DNA of 64,000 bases from Lytechinus pictus (taxonomy: Eukaryota): NCBI RefSeq assembly GCF_037042905.1, contig NC_087251.1:25980001-26044000 (forward strand), written 5' to 3'. Under the pieces are notes generated by a model. The model saw nothing but the letters and a program-made list of their open reading frames with translations, was not told the origin of the DNA and made no database searches. Below, one piece after another: positions 33,360 through 45,300 of the stretch. The position numbers were made by a program, and so were the translations under genes. Within the stretch, counting starts at the first letter, position 1; every line of letters begins with the position of its first letter.

Positions 33360-36300
33360 ATGACTTCCAATCAAGAAGATAAATCTTTGATCGAAACTCG
33401 ACCGATTGGATCGTCACAGAGTTGTATATCTAAACCAGATGGATCAGCAGTATTCACTCAGGGTAAGAATTCTGCGCGAATAGACTGTAATGTGTTTAAA
33501 TCGAGTTTAATTAGACCGGCTGCTGCGTGAAGTCTATCCCCGAGTCGATCCGTACATTTTTGGCGGAGCACACCTTTCATCGTCGCCTGCGCTTCGGGGA
33601 AGGTGACGATGAGCTCCGCCAGCAGAAAGTACCACCCTCACATAGAGATGCACAGCCACGGACCGATCCACCTGCACCTGACGACTGATACGTTTAGGAG
33701 GTTTATTTGTTTGTATCAATCGCACAAGCCAAGGTCCAAGGAATGACTGCATGCAAACTCGGTTGGAAGTTTGGAACACCATTTCCTGCCGACATGGCCG
33801 ATGTTAGATCTAAGTAACATGTGAAAATAATTATGATCAATAAATTACCACGTTTTCAATTTTGACAAAATGATTAGATCATTACTTAGCCTAGGTCTAT
33901 CGGAATCTGATTTTGGAGTAACTTTACAATCCAATGTCATAATCGATTATGGGAGCATGGATGCACACTGTACTGTCTGTAGTAGTGTTAGAACAGTGTA
34001 GAACGAGGCATCAGTTCATGACATTTGGATTCTAAAAGGTCTAGGTAAGCCCACTCGTCATCCCCGACCATTTGCCAAACAGCAAAAGGTAGGGGATGGG
34101 ACTAGAGGTATGGTTGGACCTACCCCTTATCGACCACCTAACGTTAAAATCATGATATCGACACATATATTTATCAGATTTACCTAAAAAATCACCTATT
34201 TAGAGCAAAAAATTCCGCAGATTCACGTCATCCAACTTCGACATCGGCTCGACCGCTATCAGTATGGAACGCCGCGATGTACGAAAAGCTTGTTTTTTCG
34301 TAGACCAAAAGCTTCGGTCTCTGTTATGTTGGTTGTTCAGCTGAACTCCGTTGGCTTCACTCACCAAATACAGAGACCGAAGTTCTAGCGCGATCTGTAC
34401 AGGGGACTCAATGGCCATATGTTTATGTACTTAAGATCGGATAAAACGGGGAAGTGAATTTGCGCGACAGCCGAGGTAAGTCACTGTTTTTGTTCCTTTT
34501 AACTTGATTTTTCTCCGTTTTTTGGCAATTGATGCCAAGAGGGAATATCAATTTGCATTTTGGTCGCGTGAATTTTCAAAATTTTTACTCATTAAAGACA
34601 AAAATTGAAGAGCCCCGACGGGGGGATTTTGCATTGCAAGTCCCCTAATGGTGGCTGCACGCTAGCGAGCCGTCTGTGTATGAGGAGAAATTAAAAAAAA
34701 AATAAAATGTTAAAAAACTCCTCGAAACAGACGGCTGCCAGCTGTCTAGTTTTTTCGTTGCGCTATTTTAACCCATTTTATGAACCGACCACCCGCCCTC
34801 TATTGATTATGCACGCTTAGTGAACGTGCGGTGAACGTGGTTCTTTTTTCATATACTTTTTTTCTTCACTTCCTACTTCTTTTCTTTTCCACTTTCTTCA
34901 TTTTCTTTTCTTTTCCTCTTCTTCTTTCTCCTTCCTCTTCTTCTTCTTATTTTTTTGTCATCTCTTTTTATTATTCTTCTATGTCTCCTTTATTTTCTTC
35001 TTCTGTTTCCTTTTTCTTAATGTTATTATTTTCAGAATCATTATTATCATTTTAGTTTGTCATTTTTGAAAACTTTTTTTTTTATATCATCTGTGTCATT
35101 GTTATCATGCCCATTATTTTTTCTTTAGTTTTGTCATTAATTTTACTATTATTATCATAATTATCATTATTTTTAATGTTATTATTATTGTTATTATTAT
35201 AACATCATCATCATCATGTTATTAATGTTATTATCGTATTAAATTCAGTCATTCACGCTCTTTTTTTTTAAATCAATTGATCTAAATTTTTTTTGCACAT
35301 TTACTCAAATAAACACACGCATCAAATCAACCACCCACACTCACACACACTCATGCATACACAGGGGCTCACTAGTTTGCTGTAACTGTATTTTTTTCAC
35401 TGTCTTCACACTCTCCCTTAATTTTTCTCTGTTTATATACATGTTCAACAACTGAGTAGTCGAATGTATTATTCCACATTCATAAAAGTGCTCTCATGCC
35501 ATTTACAAATCCTCAAACAACATATCAATTGTCTCTGTCGCATAGCTTTCAAACACAATAAATGATTACTGAACACGATTTTGAAATTCAACTTTTATCT
35601 GATGTAGATATATTTCTTGAATTTATTTTTCTTTTTCTTTTTTTTTTTTCAATGGCAAGGGCACATATATACATCGTCTTTTCCAAACCTCCGGCTTGAC
35701 CCCGTGCAGTACTTTTGATGGACCCAGTGTGTGCAACCCTTGCTGTCGCAAGCCACCCAGGAGAAGATCTCGACATGGTCTTGAGGAGGGTGAGGGGGTG
35801 TGTTTCTCCTGCACACACAGCATGGATTTTCATCTTCTTCATCATCTGTATTGTTGCTGGTCGGAAGATTAACGAAGAGGCGCCTGCTTGCTGCTGCTGA
35901 TGATGATGGTCCTGCCTGACTGGTAGCTTTCTTCTGCTTCCCTTTAGACAGCTTCGCTGTGCTCCTCTCCTCCTCGGCCCTGATTAGCTTGAGAAAGATG
36001 TTGTTTTCTGTTATGCTAACTCCTGAAGCCCTGTAGTATTTCTTGCAGACTGCTCTTTTCTTCTGTGTTGCTTCAGGAGGAGATGGTGTTCTCGATGACA
36101 AGAACAGATCTGCTTCACTGGGTGCCTGGTTCGTCCTTCCTTGGGTTTCGCCCATGTCACCCATAGGACCAATCTGATGTATTTCTCCTGAAGAGGTAGT
36201 GGGTGACTTCGGTGTCACGAGTGTGCTCGTCCTCGATACTTCACCAATCTTTACTGCATTCAGGTCAAGTGGAAAGATCCCTGTCTTCCGGAATGCTGCC

Positions 36301-39300
36301 TTAAGATTATCTTCCTTGAGAGCTCGAAGGTATGCTGCTGAAGAGAGCCGAGCGATTTCATATCTCGTTATCACCTGTCCGGGGTTCTTCTGCATGTACA
36401 GGGCACACTCTTGATTATATGCTGATTTCATTGCAGAAAAACAGGCGACGTCAAGGGGTTGAGTGATGTGTGATGTGTGTGCTGGCAGCACAAAGAGAAT
36501 GACTTGATTTGCCCTGGCGAAGTCAATGACCGTGGTGCTGATATGAGAGGTGTGGCCATCGTACATGAGCAAGACATATTCACCATCTTCTCTTGGAGGC
36601 AGGGATGGCACAAAGTGCTCCGTCAGGAACTTGGAGAAGACGGCTCCATTACTCCATCCTGTCTCCGTAAGTGTCATCTTTGACCCAGGTAGTGCACCAT
36701 CCATCAACTCTGGCATCATCCTCTTGCCCTTGAAGACGTAGTATGGAGGAAGAGCCCTACCAGCAGCGTTACCACAAGCCAGGACTGTGGTAGTGGCAAT
36801 CCGATGCGATGTTACCGAATTTGTTCTGGATCCTTGATCTACACAAACAACCTTCGGCGGCTTATGCTCCGCATTGATGTTGGTTTCATCAACATTGTAG
36901 ATGTGGTATGGCTTGTCTCGGAGATTGTACCTGTCCATGACCTGACGGAGTTCCTCGAAGTATTTTGACAGAACAGCTTCCGTCGTTGATTTTGCCCTAC
37001 TCATCTGAAGCTTGCTGGGTGCCACAAGACGAAGGTCTGGCCATCTTTGCCTAAAGAGACAATACCAAGTGTCTGATAGTAGTCTTCCCTTGGCCTTTTC
37101 CTCTCTTCTTCCAAGTTCATCTGCCATATTGGTAGCTAGATGAATAACCTGTAGAAAAATAAGCAAAAATTGCAAAGCATAAGAATAATGCATTCATTTT
37201 TATTTCAATTTATTCATACATCGCATATCTTTTATCAAATCATGGTTTAAAATATGATTGAAATAAAACGAAACTAATAAATTACCTGGGTTTTAGTCAG
37301 ACCATAGCCATATGATGAGAGCTTGTGCAGATGCTCAACTAGAGCCCTCTCGTCCTCCTGGGTCAAAATAGAGCCCCTTCCAAGATCCATGCTTGATTTG
37401 GTTCTTCCCCGTAATCTGTCAAGTAATGTCGTCTTGGGGATTCCATACTTGAGCGCTGCCCTCCTTACGGAGACCCCTTTCTTGACCAAGGCTAGAGCTC
37501 TCTCAAAGTTTTGTCGAGGATAATTCCTTCGACGGATACGCTGGGGTTTTGCCTACACAAAAAGAAAAACATTGATAAATGATTAATATTCTGAGAGAAG
37601 TCTTTTGTAAATAATTATCATCCAATTAAAATATTTTATTCTATGAACAGCTGTTTTCGCTTTCATCAACTACTTCTATGATTGGAACGCATTCAACAGC
37701 ATCTGTTCTCGGCACTTTCGTCACCCTGTTCTCGGCACATTCGTCACCCTTTTTCTCGGCACATTCGACGTCATCCATCCTATTTTCAACACGTTCGTCA
37801 CCCACATTCCTTTCTCTAATACAATCAAACTTTTCTTTCTTCTCTTATTTAATTTGTAAATGTTCGATTAATATCATCTATCTTTATTATTATCAATTAT
37901 ATATATCATCATCACCATCATCATCAGATATCATTATCATCATCGTCATCATCATTTATCTCTTCTTTGAGACGCCTCATAACGTGTATGAAATATATGG
38001 CATATGAGCGTAGCTGGCGACATACAGACAGCCGTATGACGTCATCATTAAATTCGGAGATTCTGTCGGCTGCGGAACATTTTGCGACAAAAAATGGACG
38101 GAAATGTGTTCTAAACGCCTCAATTGCGGATTTACATGTAAGTTCATCGAAAATAACAACATAATAATCGCATATTTTAATAATTCCATAAATTTCTTAC
38201 CTGTTTCCTCCTCATTTTGCTTGATCAAGTGAGTCTCGTTCGATCAGGTCGCGCATTGCTCGTAGTCCCACGCGTACTTAAATTATACGCATAGGAAACC
38301 ATGGTAAGAAAGTGGTCGGTTTCAAAAGAGGTGGTCGATATGTAGTGGAGTCACCATATGTGAGGCGTACTCATAGACAAAATTTGTGATAAAAAATGTA
38401 AAAGTAAGAGAGTTTGACTTACCAGTCTTTCCCCCCGAACCAAACGTTGATCTTCCTTCCGTTGTTGCTGGAATTTATCTTGGACTCAACGATATCTTGT
38501 CAATTATTCGAGGACTCTTCGGTAAATCGTCAGAATGTATGATGAAATTTGTCATGATCCTCAGCAGCGCATAGACTTCTACGTAGAGGATGTAACGCGC
38601 CCTCTTGTGCTCAATTAAAGAAAGCTAACGGAAGCGACCACACCACTGTCCTCTACAAAGCTGTATAAAAATGCTTTTCACCACAGATACCTGTTTCCGG
38701 TGATGCTTCTATTTCGGAAATCCAAGATCCAGCGATAGTAGTCTCTTTCTCCCCTGACACACAATATTTTATTTTTATTATTTTATACATCAGAATAATT
38801 TTAGCGCCATCAGCTTAGTTTATTCTATAATGAACTGTATCTTGTCGTATGCTGAAAGGAAATATGATGCCTTTTTTTTTTTGGGGGGGGGGGTTATTGC
38901 TTCTTTTCTCGATCCCCGATGCCTCTCTTTTATTGAGTACTATCATTGTAAGGGTTAATTATTAATATTATTATTTTGGTTTTCTATTATTTTTCATATT
39001 ATTATGGAATATTCATCATCATATCACTTTTGTAAGCCAACATTTTGTACCATCCTGAAATTAATATGGGTAAAGGCTGAAATGTGAAAAGAATGGAAGG
39101 GGCAAGAAACTCAAGACAAAGTGATAAAACAGAACATAATTACGTTCCAATTCTTTTTAATGAGTTTCTTTTATTTATCCAGGATGGGGAGCACATCAGG
39201 CTCGTGCCCACCCCCTCGAAAGCCATAGAACACATTTATTTTGTATCCATTTTGTTTGATAATTTGTACTGTTAATTTCATTTGATTGTAATCCTTTATG

Positions 39301-42300
39301 TTTGGATTTGAAATCAATTAAATTAACTTGAAACTTTCCCGCCCTCCCCTTGAAAATTGTGATCTACCCCTAAATAGGCCTTTGTGGTAAGTGATTTTTT
39401 ATTTTATTTATTTCTTAATGAAAATCCTTTAGGTTAGGATTTTAAATCAATGAAAACAAACTTGAAACTTCATACTGTATAGCGAGGAGCTGTTATCATA
39501 ATAAATAAATAACTAAATCAAATAAATCAAAATCAAATCATAATTGTGAAATTATTCGTTACATAAATCTCCTTCACGGGGGGGGGGGGGAGCTTGTTAT
39601 TTTTTTCTGTAAAAGAAACCACCCCCTCCCCCTTTGTAAAATCCTGGATTCTCCCCTGATTAGACCCACAGTAAAGTTTGTTATTCTGAATTTCTGTTAC
39701 ATAATAATTTGGAAATTAATGCCTAACTTTGTGAAAAGTATTTCTATCGTCAGGTTCATTAATTAGAAAAGAATAAGGGGCTTTTTCATCAAGAGTCCCA
39801 TAACAGAAAATTAACAAAATCGAAACAACTGAATTTCTCCTTAATTTTTTTTTATTTCTTACAAAAATGTCTTATTTCATTCCACTTTCACAACTACTAG
39901 TATCACTTTTGACTTTGTATAAACATGAAACAAAATTGCAAATTTGTCTTGATTGAGGCTATCAAGACTTCCTTACCAGAATTCATTACAAGCAAAGTTT
40001 CGTCGAAACATCAATGGTCAGTGGTCCAAACGGGTTGATGAGCCTCTATGGTTTCGTGAGTTCTTTTTTCTTTTTCGATTTGTCACTGTCGAACACAATA
40101 GAAGTAATGGAGGCAGTTGGATGAGGTTCACGTTGAGAAATCGGTGAGTTTTTATTCATTTTTTATATCATATTTATTAATTTAAAGTCATATCTGTCAA
40201 AATAACAGTTTACATCAACGGATCAGTTCAAGTATGAACCGATTCGCGATGCTTTGGGCAACAGATGGGGGGAAAATGACCAATGTATATTTTAACAATA
40301 GAGAGGTATACAGCCGAGAACGAGGTTATATTATAACCTCGTTCGTAGGATGAGTGGGTAAGCCCACTCATTCAATGAACAAGGGTGTCTGAAGCCACAC
40401 TGAAAAGTGTCAGCATAAAACAGGCTAATTTAGGGGAAAATATGGCACATTTTTTCGGGGAAGTTCAGGCTACTAGAAAAATGTGATCTGAATTGATTAT
40501 TAACTTGTGTTTGGCATATATGGAAAGAGAAAATTCAGGGGCTTCTTTTGACAGTAAGTAGGCAGGACAACAAGAATTTCAAAATGTGTTTGTTGTCGAG
40601 AGAATGATATCAAAATATTCCTTAATATCTAATTTATCATGTGAAACCACTTAAAACTTACGTAAAATTCATTTAAACTGTAAAAAAAAGCAAATTCATA
40701 GCACCAACATGGTCCGAAAAAGCCATAGACATCGCGGTACCTTTTTAATACACTGTACGTACTATCGATAGTTGAAACGATCACGATGTGCTCGCTAAAT
40801 GCGCGCGCCCATCGGCGTCTGCTAGCCGTCATCTGCTGTGACTCTCCAATAGCCCCGCATGTGCAATGTTTTGTAAGATCGTCCCATATGCTGTTTTTCA
40901 TGTTAGTACATACATGCGTGCACGTTATTTGCGGACGCAGATCATGTACGCATCTCCGTCGTCTGCTACGGCTCTCTTTATCAGTCCCAAGTGTGAAATA
41001 TGTGTACATGGTGTATGTTCATTTGGTCTACATGCAGTTTGCCCACTTGTCATTTAGTCTAATGCCAAATGGGCTAAACCTATTTGGTCTACTGAATTGC
41101 CATTTGGTCTACACTACACTTGGTCTAATTCTCATTTAGCGAAATGTCCAGTTGGTCTAATTTCAGCATAACCTACATAATTACAATTTTTTTACTTTGT
41201 CAAATACCGGTACATAAAATTGGCTTTATATCATGCAGTTCCAGTGTGAAATATGTATATATTCGTTTGGTCTACATGCAGTTTGCCCACTTCTCATTTA
41301 GTCTAATGCCAAATGGGCTAAACCCATTTGGTCTACACTTGGTCTAATCCTCATTTTGCGAAATGTCCAGTTGGTCTAATTTCAGCATGACCTACTTAAT
41401 TATATTTTTTTTACTTATATATATTTTTTTAGTCTTTATACCAAATGGGCTTGACCATTTGGTCTATAAATTTTTTTTAATTGCCATTTGGTCTACACTT
41501 TGTGTAATTAACATTTGGTCTACACTACACTTGATCTAATTTTGAGTCCAGTCCAGGGTCTAATTTCAACATGACCTACATCATTATGATTTTGTACTTT
41601 GTGAAAAATTTTTTTTCTTTATATAATTTCATTTCACCTTATAGTCTTAGCATTGGTTTCAAATAAATAATACTTGAACAGTGGCAAAGTCATGATAATG
41701 GAGCCAAAAGTTTTGAAAGGTCCATATATGGTGTATCAGGTAAAGTTATAAAGTTGTAAGCAGGAGAAGCAAACAACAAAAAATGTTGAAGCGGGGGGGG
41801 GGGGGGGGGGGGCGGTGTTCATTAATTTCCTTTTATTTTCCAATGCCAGATCAATCTTTGTTTTTGCTTGTCATTTTTTTTTAATGATATGTTCTGTTCA
41901 CTCTACAATTTTTACTAATGATCTTTTTTTTTTGGCTTATCATTTTTTTCAGACACATTCGCACCCGAACGGACTCTACAATTAAGGGAAGAGAAGGAAT
42001 TATTGAACCTCTTGAGAGAATATACTGGTCAAGGGCTGTAATAGTATACAGGGGCACTTCCTGAGAGAAAGTTAATTTTATTCTAATTATGTGTTTTCAG
42101 GATATCTAATATATAGTACTATTGAAATGGCGGTGAAAATTATTGCCCCTGCTGATGAGATTTTTCAGCTGCACCCCTCCTTTATTTTAGTGAATAAGGT
42201 GTGGCACTGCCCTATATGGCTATATGATTCATTTTGAATTTTAATGGGCTCCAAAATGCAGTAATTTATAAATTATAGCATAATCTTATTTCGATAAAGC

Positions 42301-45300
42301 CTTTGACATAAACAAAGCATATTTAAAACAGATTTAGTTATTGCATATCAGAATGTTATGTTTGCCTGATGTTTTCTCAATAACTCTAAGCTGTTATTAA
42401 TGAATTCTTTCTAGAAACAAAAATAAGCAATTTATTCAAACATGTCAGTTTCATTTTGTAGACATATGCATTGAATTTACCAATTCAGTATAAGGTACGT
42501 ATGCCATCTTTCACAAATGTTGATTTTAATCACTGGTGGATCTGGGGGAGGGCACATCTGGCTCACCCCCCCCCCCCCTTAGAGAGCCTCAGTCGAGATT
42601 TGTAATGAAAATATGCAATTTTCACCAAAGTATGCCCCCCCCCCCGGAAAGCAAGGCCCTTTTTTGCTTGACAAATTTTCATCATGAAAATGTGCCCCCC
42701 CCCCCCCAGGATAAATCCTGGATCCACCCCTGGTTTTTATTAAGTTTACATGTATTTTCATTTTGAAAAAAAAGGTTTCCTAGAGATTTATAAACAGCAT
42801 GATTTACACTGAGCGTGTCATACACTTCTGTGCAGAAGAATATTATCTTGAGAAATTTGGTTATTAAATTATGGAAAATATCTTTTGCAAATGAAATTAC
42901 TTGATTGCAATTATTTCTTACATTGTATTGTCATTTTACTTGATAGAAATTCATTATTTTTTATAACCATGACAGTGTTCTAATTTCATATTTGCTAAAT
43001 TGTAATAATTCTTTTGATCTTCCTTCATCTTCATGAAAGTATGAATTCTAGTCATCTGCTTCAAAGTCTGCCCAATACAATGGTTACAAAGGGCCTAAGC
43101 ATCACTTGTCATTTTTTGATAAGTAGTTAAGTCAGTAGTCAAGTAAGGGGTCAGACAGTTTGGCTGTATTATATTTGTTTAATTATCTTACTAGTGTCAA
43201 TTTACTAAACTTTTGCTGTTTGTGATTGAACCCCCAAATTGCTCGATAGTACCATTATGTTGGACAGACGTTAATATTGACTAGAGGACTATTATTACTT
43301 TCCAAACCAACCTGAAGATAATATGATACTTCACGTAGTACAGGGGTATATTGTCTCCCTTCCATTGTTGTGATGTATGGGCTGGGTAATATCATCTAAC
43401 TTGTCCTGGAATAATCATTCTCTGCAACAAGTTCCACTTCAGCGACTCTCAGTTGAACATCATCATTCCTGGCATTGGCGGCGGAAGCCAAAAATTTTAG
43501 GGGGGAACCACTTTTTGACAAAAAAAAAAAAAAAAATAGTGACCAAAAATCTTAGGGGGGGGGGACACAGGAAACAAAAGTGAAAATTGACAAGCCAAAA
43601 AAAAAAAAAAAAAAAAGGTTATCAACAAAAAATTGAGGGGGGGGGTCGTCCCCTCCCCACCTAAAATTTAGTGGGATACGTCCCCCCCCCCCACTTCCAC
43701 CGCCTATGATTCCAGGTGCTTGGAGATCTTCGAAAGGCATGCTATAACATCCACTTAAGTTCCAGTTCCTTTCATGTTTTTTCCTCATCTTAGTGAGCAT
43801 CTCCAAGTGTTCATATTTTTAGTGTCCTTTTTTAGATTTACCAAACTCAGTTTTATTACCTGATAAATGAAATTACAAAATTCTATCCCAAAAATTGAAC
43901 ACTTTGATCAAGTTTGGTTACTTAAACTTAATGTTAAATAAACTGAAAATATGTAATAAAAGGCAAAATAATAATGATGAAAAAAATACCGGTAATAAAA
44001 ACAAAAGTTACTCAAATTCACTCAAAACCATACACTTATCTACTCTCCTCAAAAATCAGTTCTCACTTTTAGGTATTGATCATTCATTCAGTCAATGAAA
44101 TAATAAAAAGAGACAGGAGATCCTCATCAAAATAAACACAAACACAGTGTCTCACACACACACTACACATTAATAGTAAAATCAGTTTGTATCTTTCGTG
44201 GGATTTGTTTTTATGTAAATCTGGATTCTTCTTGGTAGTAGCTAGGCCTTAGGTCGCTCTGACTTGAACTTAAAACTTCCAATCTCAAGAAGGCAAGATA
44301 TATCTCGGGAGATAGTCATCATCAAGATGTTTAGGAGTTCAACCTGGTGGTGAGGTTATTCATGATGGCATCTGGTATTCTGGCAGAAAGAATCAGAAAT
44401 ATAAAATGCATAAATACAATTGTTTATTTTTTTCAATACAAATTAAATTACCTGAGTCATTCAAGATAGTGGGTATTTTTTTAGGGGGGGGGGTGATGGC
44501 ATGACAAGTTTTTAGTCAAAATTATTTTTATCTTCATTTATCTTTTTTTTCCCACTTTGTATTACCATTTATTCAAAAATTGCAATAAACATATCAATAA
44601 ATGAGTTTTTAATCTAGTTGGCAAAAGAAAAACCAGTGCAAAAGTAAAGCCAGTATTGGCAGTAAAACACTGACACCACGGCACTGACACTGACAGTGAA
44701 TGTTCATTTTCCAGTGCATGCACATCACTGCCCCATCATCTTCACTCGTTTTCAGAAAATATTTAGTTATTTCTCAAATATGACCATGATTATCTTATTC
44801 ATGTCATTACTCTGGTGTTTATTCATGATTTTAAATTCAGGAAATCATTCAGCAAACGAAGAAAACAAAGCATTTCTTGACTGTGATTCCGTGTGATTCA
44901 AGTTCAATTCCATTTCTGTGTGTATCACAGGTACGCACGTACGTGACGTAATCTTAATCTCTATTATGATGTAAATTAATCATCCCGCGCGCGATTAAAA
45001 TGGCTCGAAATTCGACCAAATTCAAGGGCAGCTCAGTTTGCAAACCTCACTGAGAAGGGCTTCCCCAGCCCTTGCGATTCCCCGCGCTGCAATTTCACTG
45101 CAATACACAGAAAGGAAATCAACTCAAGTTTCACAATCAACGGAAAATCCGGAACCCTTCGAGACCCATTTTACAAGAAATACAACTAAATAAGGTAAGA
45201 ATTGAAAGCAACTCAAGACATTTTCGACTTACCAACACTTTCATGTTTATTTTCGGAAGATTTTCATGGAATTTGGGGCACGAAAATGGTATCGGTAGCT

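Noticed and set aside
33534..33782. 82-aa minus-strand ORF as a nested gene
   Set aside because: No recognisable domain; it lies antisense in the CpG-rich start of EXOSC5 intron 1.
35649..37193. 514-aa ORF starting MHYSY as the whole transposase
   Set aside because: The first 15 codons are intron (acceptor at 37149), and the HTH exon lies upstream.
37650..37816. Extra transposase exon containing 23-24 bp repeats
   Set aside because: The nearby acceptors I tried give in-frame stops after exon 1, there is no good donor, and skipping it yields a complete protein.
33526..38583. gaagtctat / atagacttc as TIRs of an older element hosting the pogo insertion
   Set aside because: Only a 9-bp match and no TSD.
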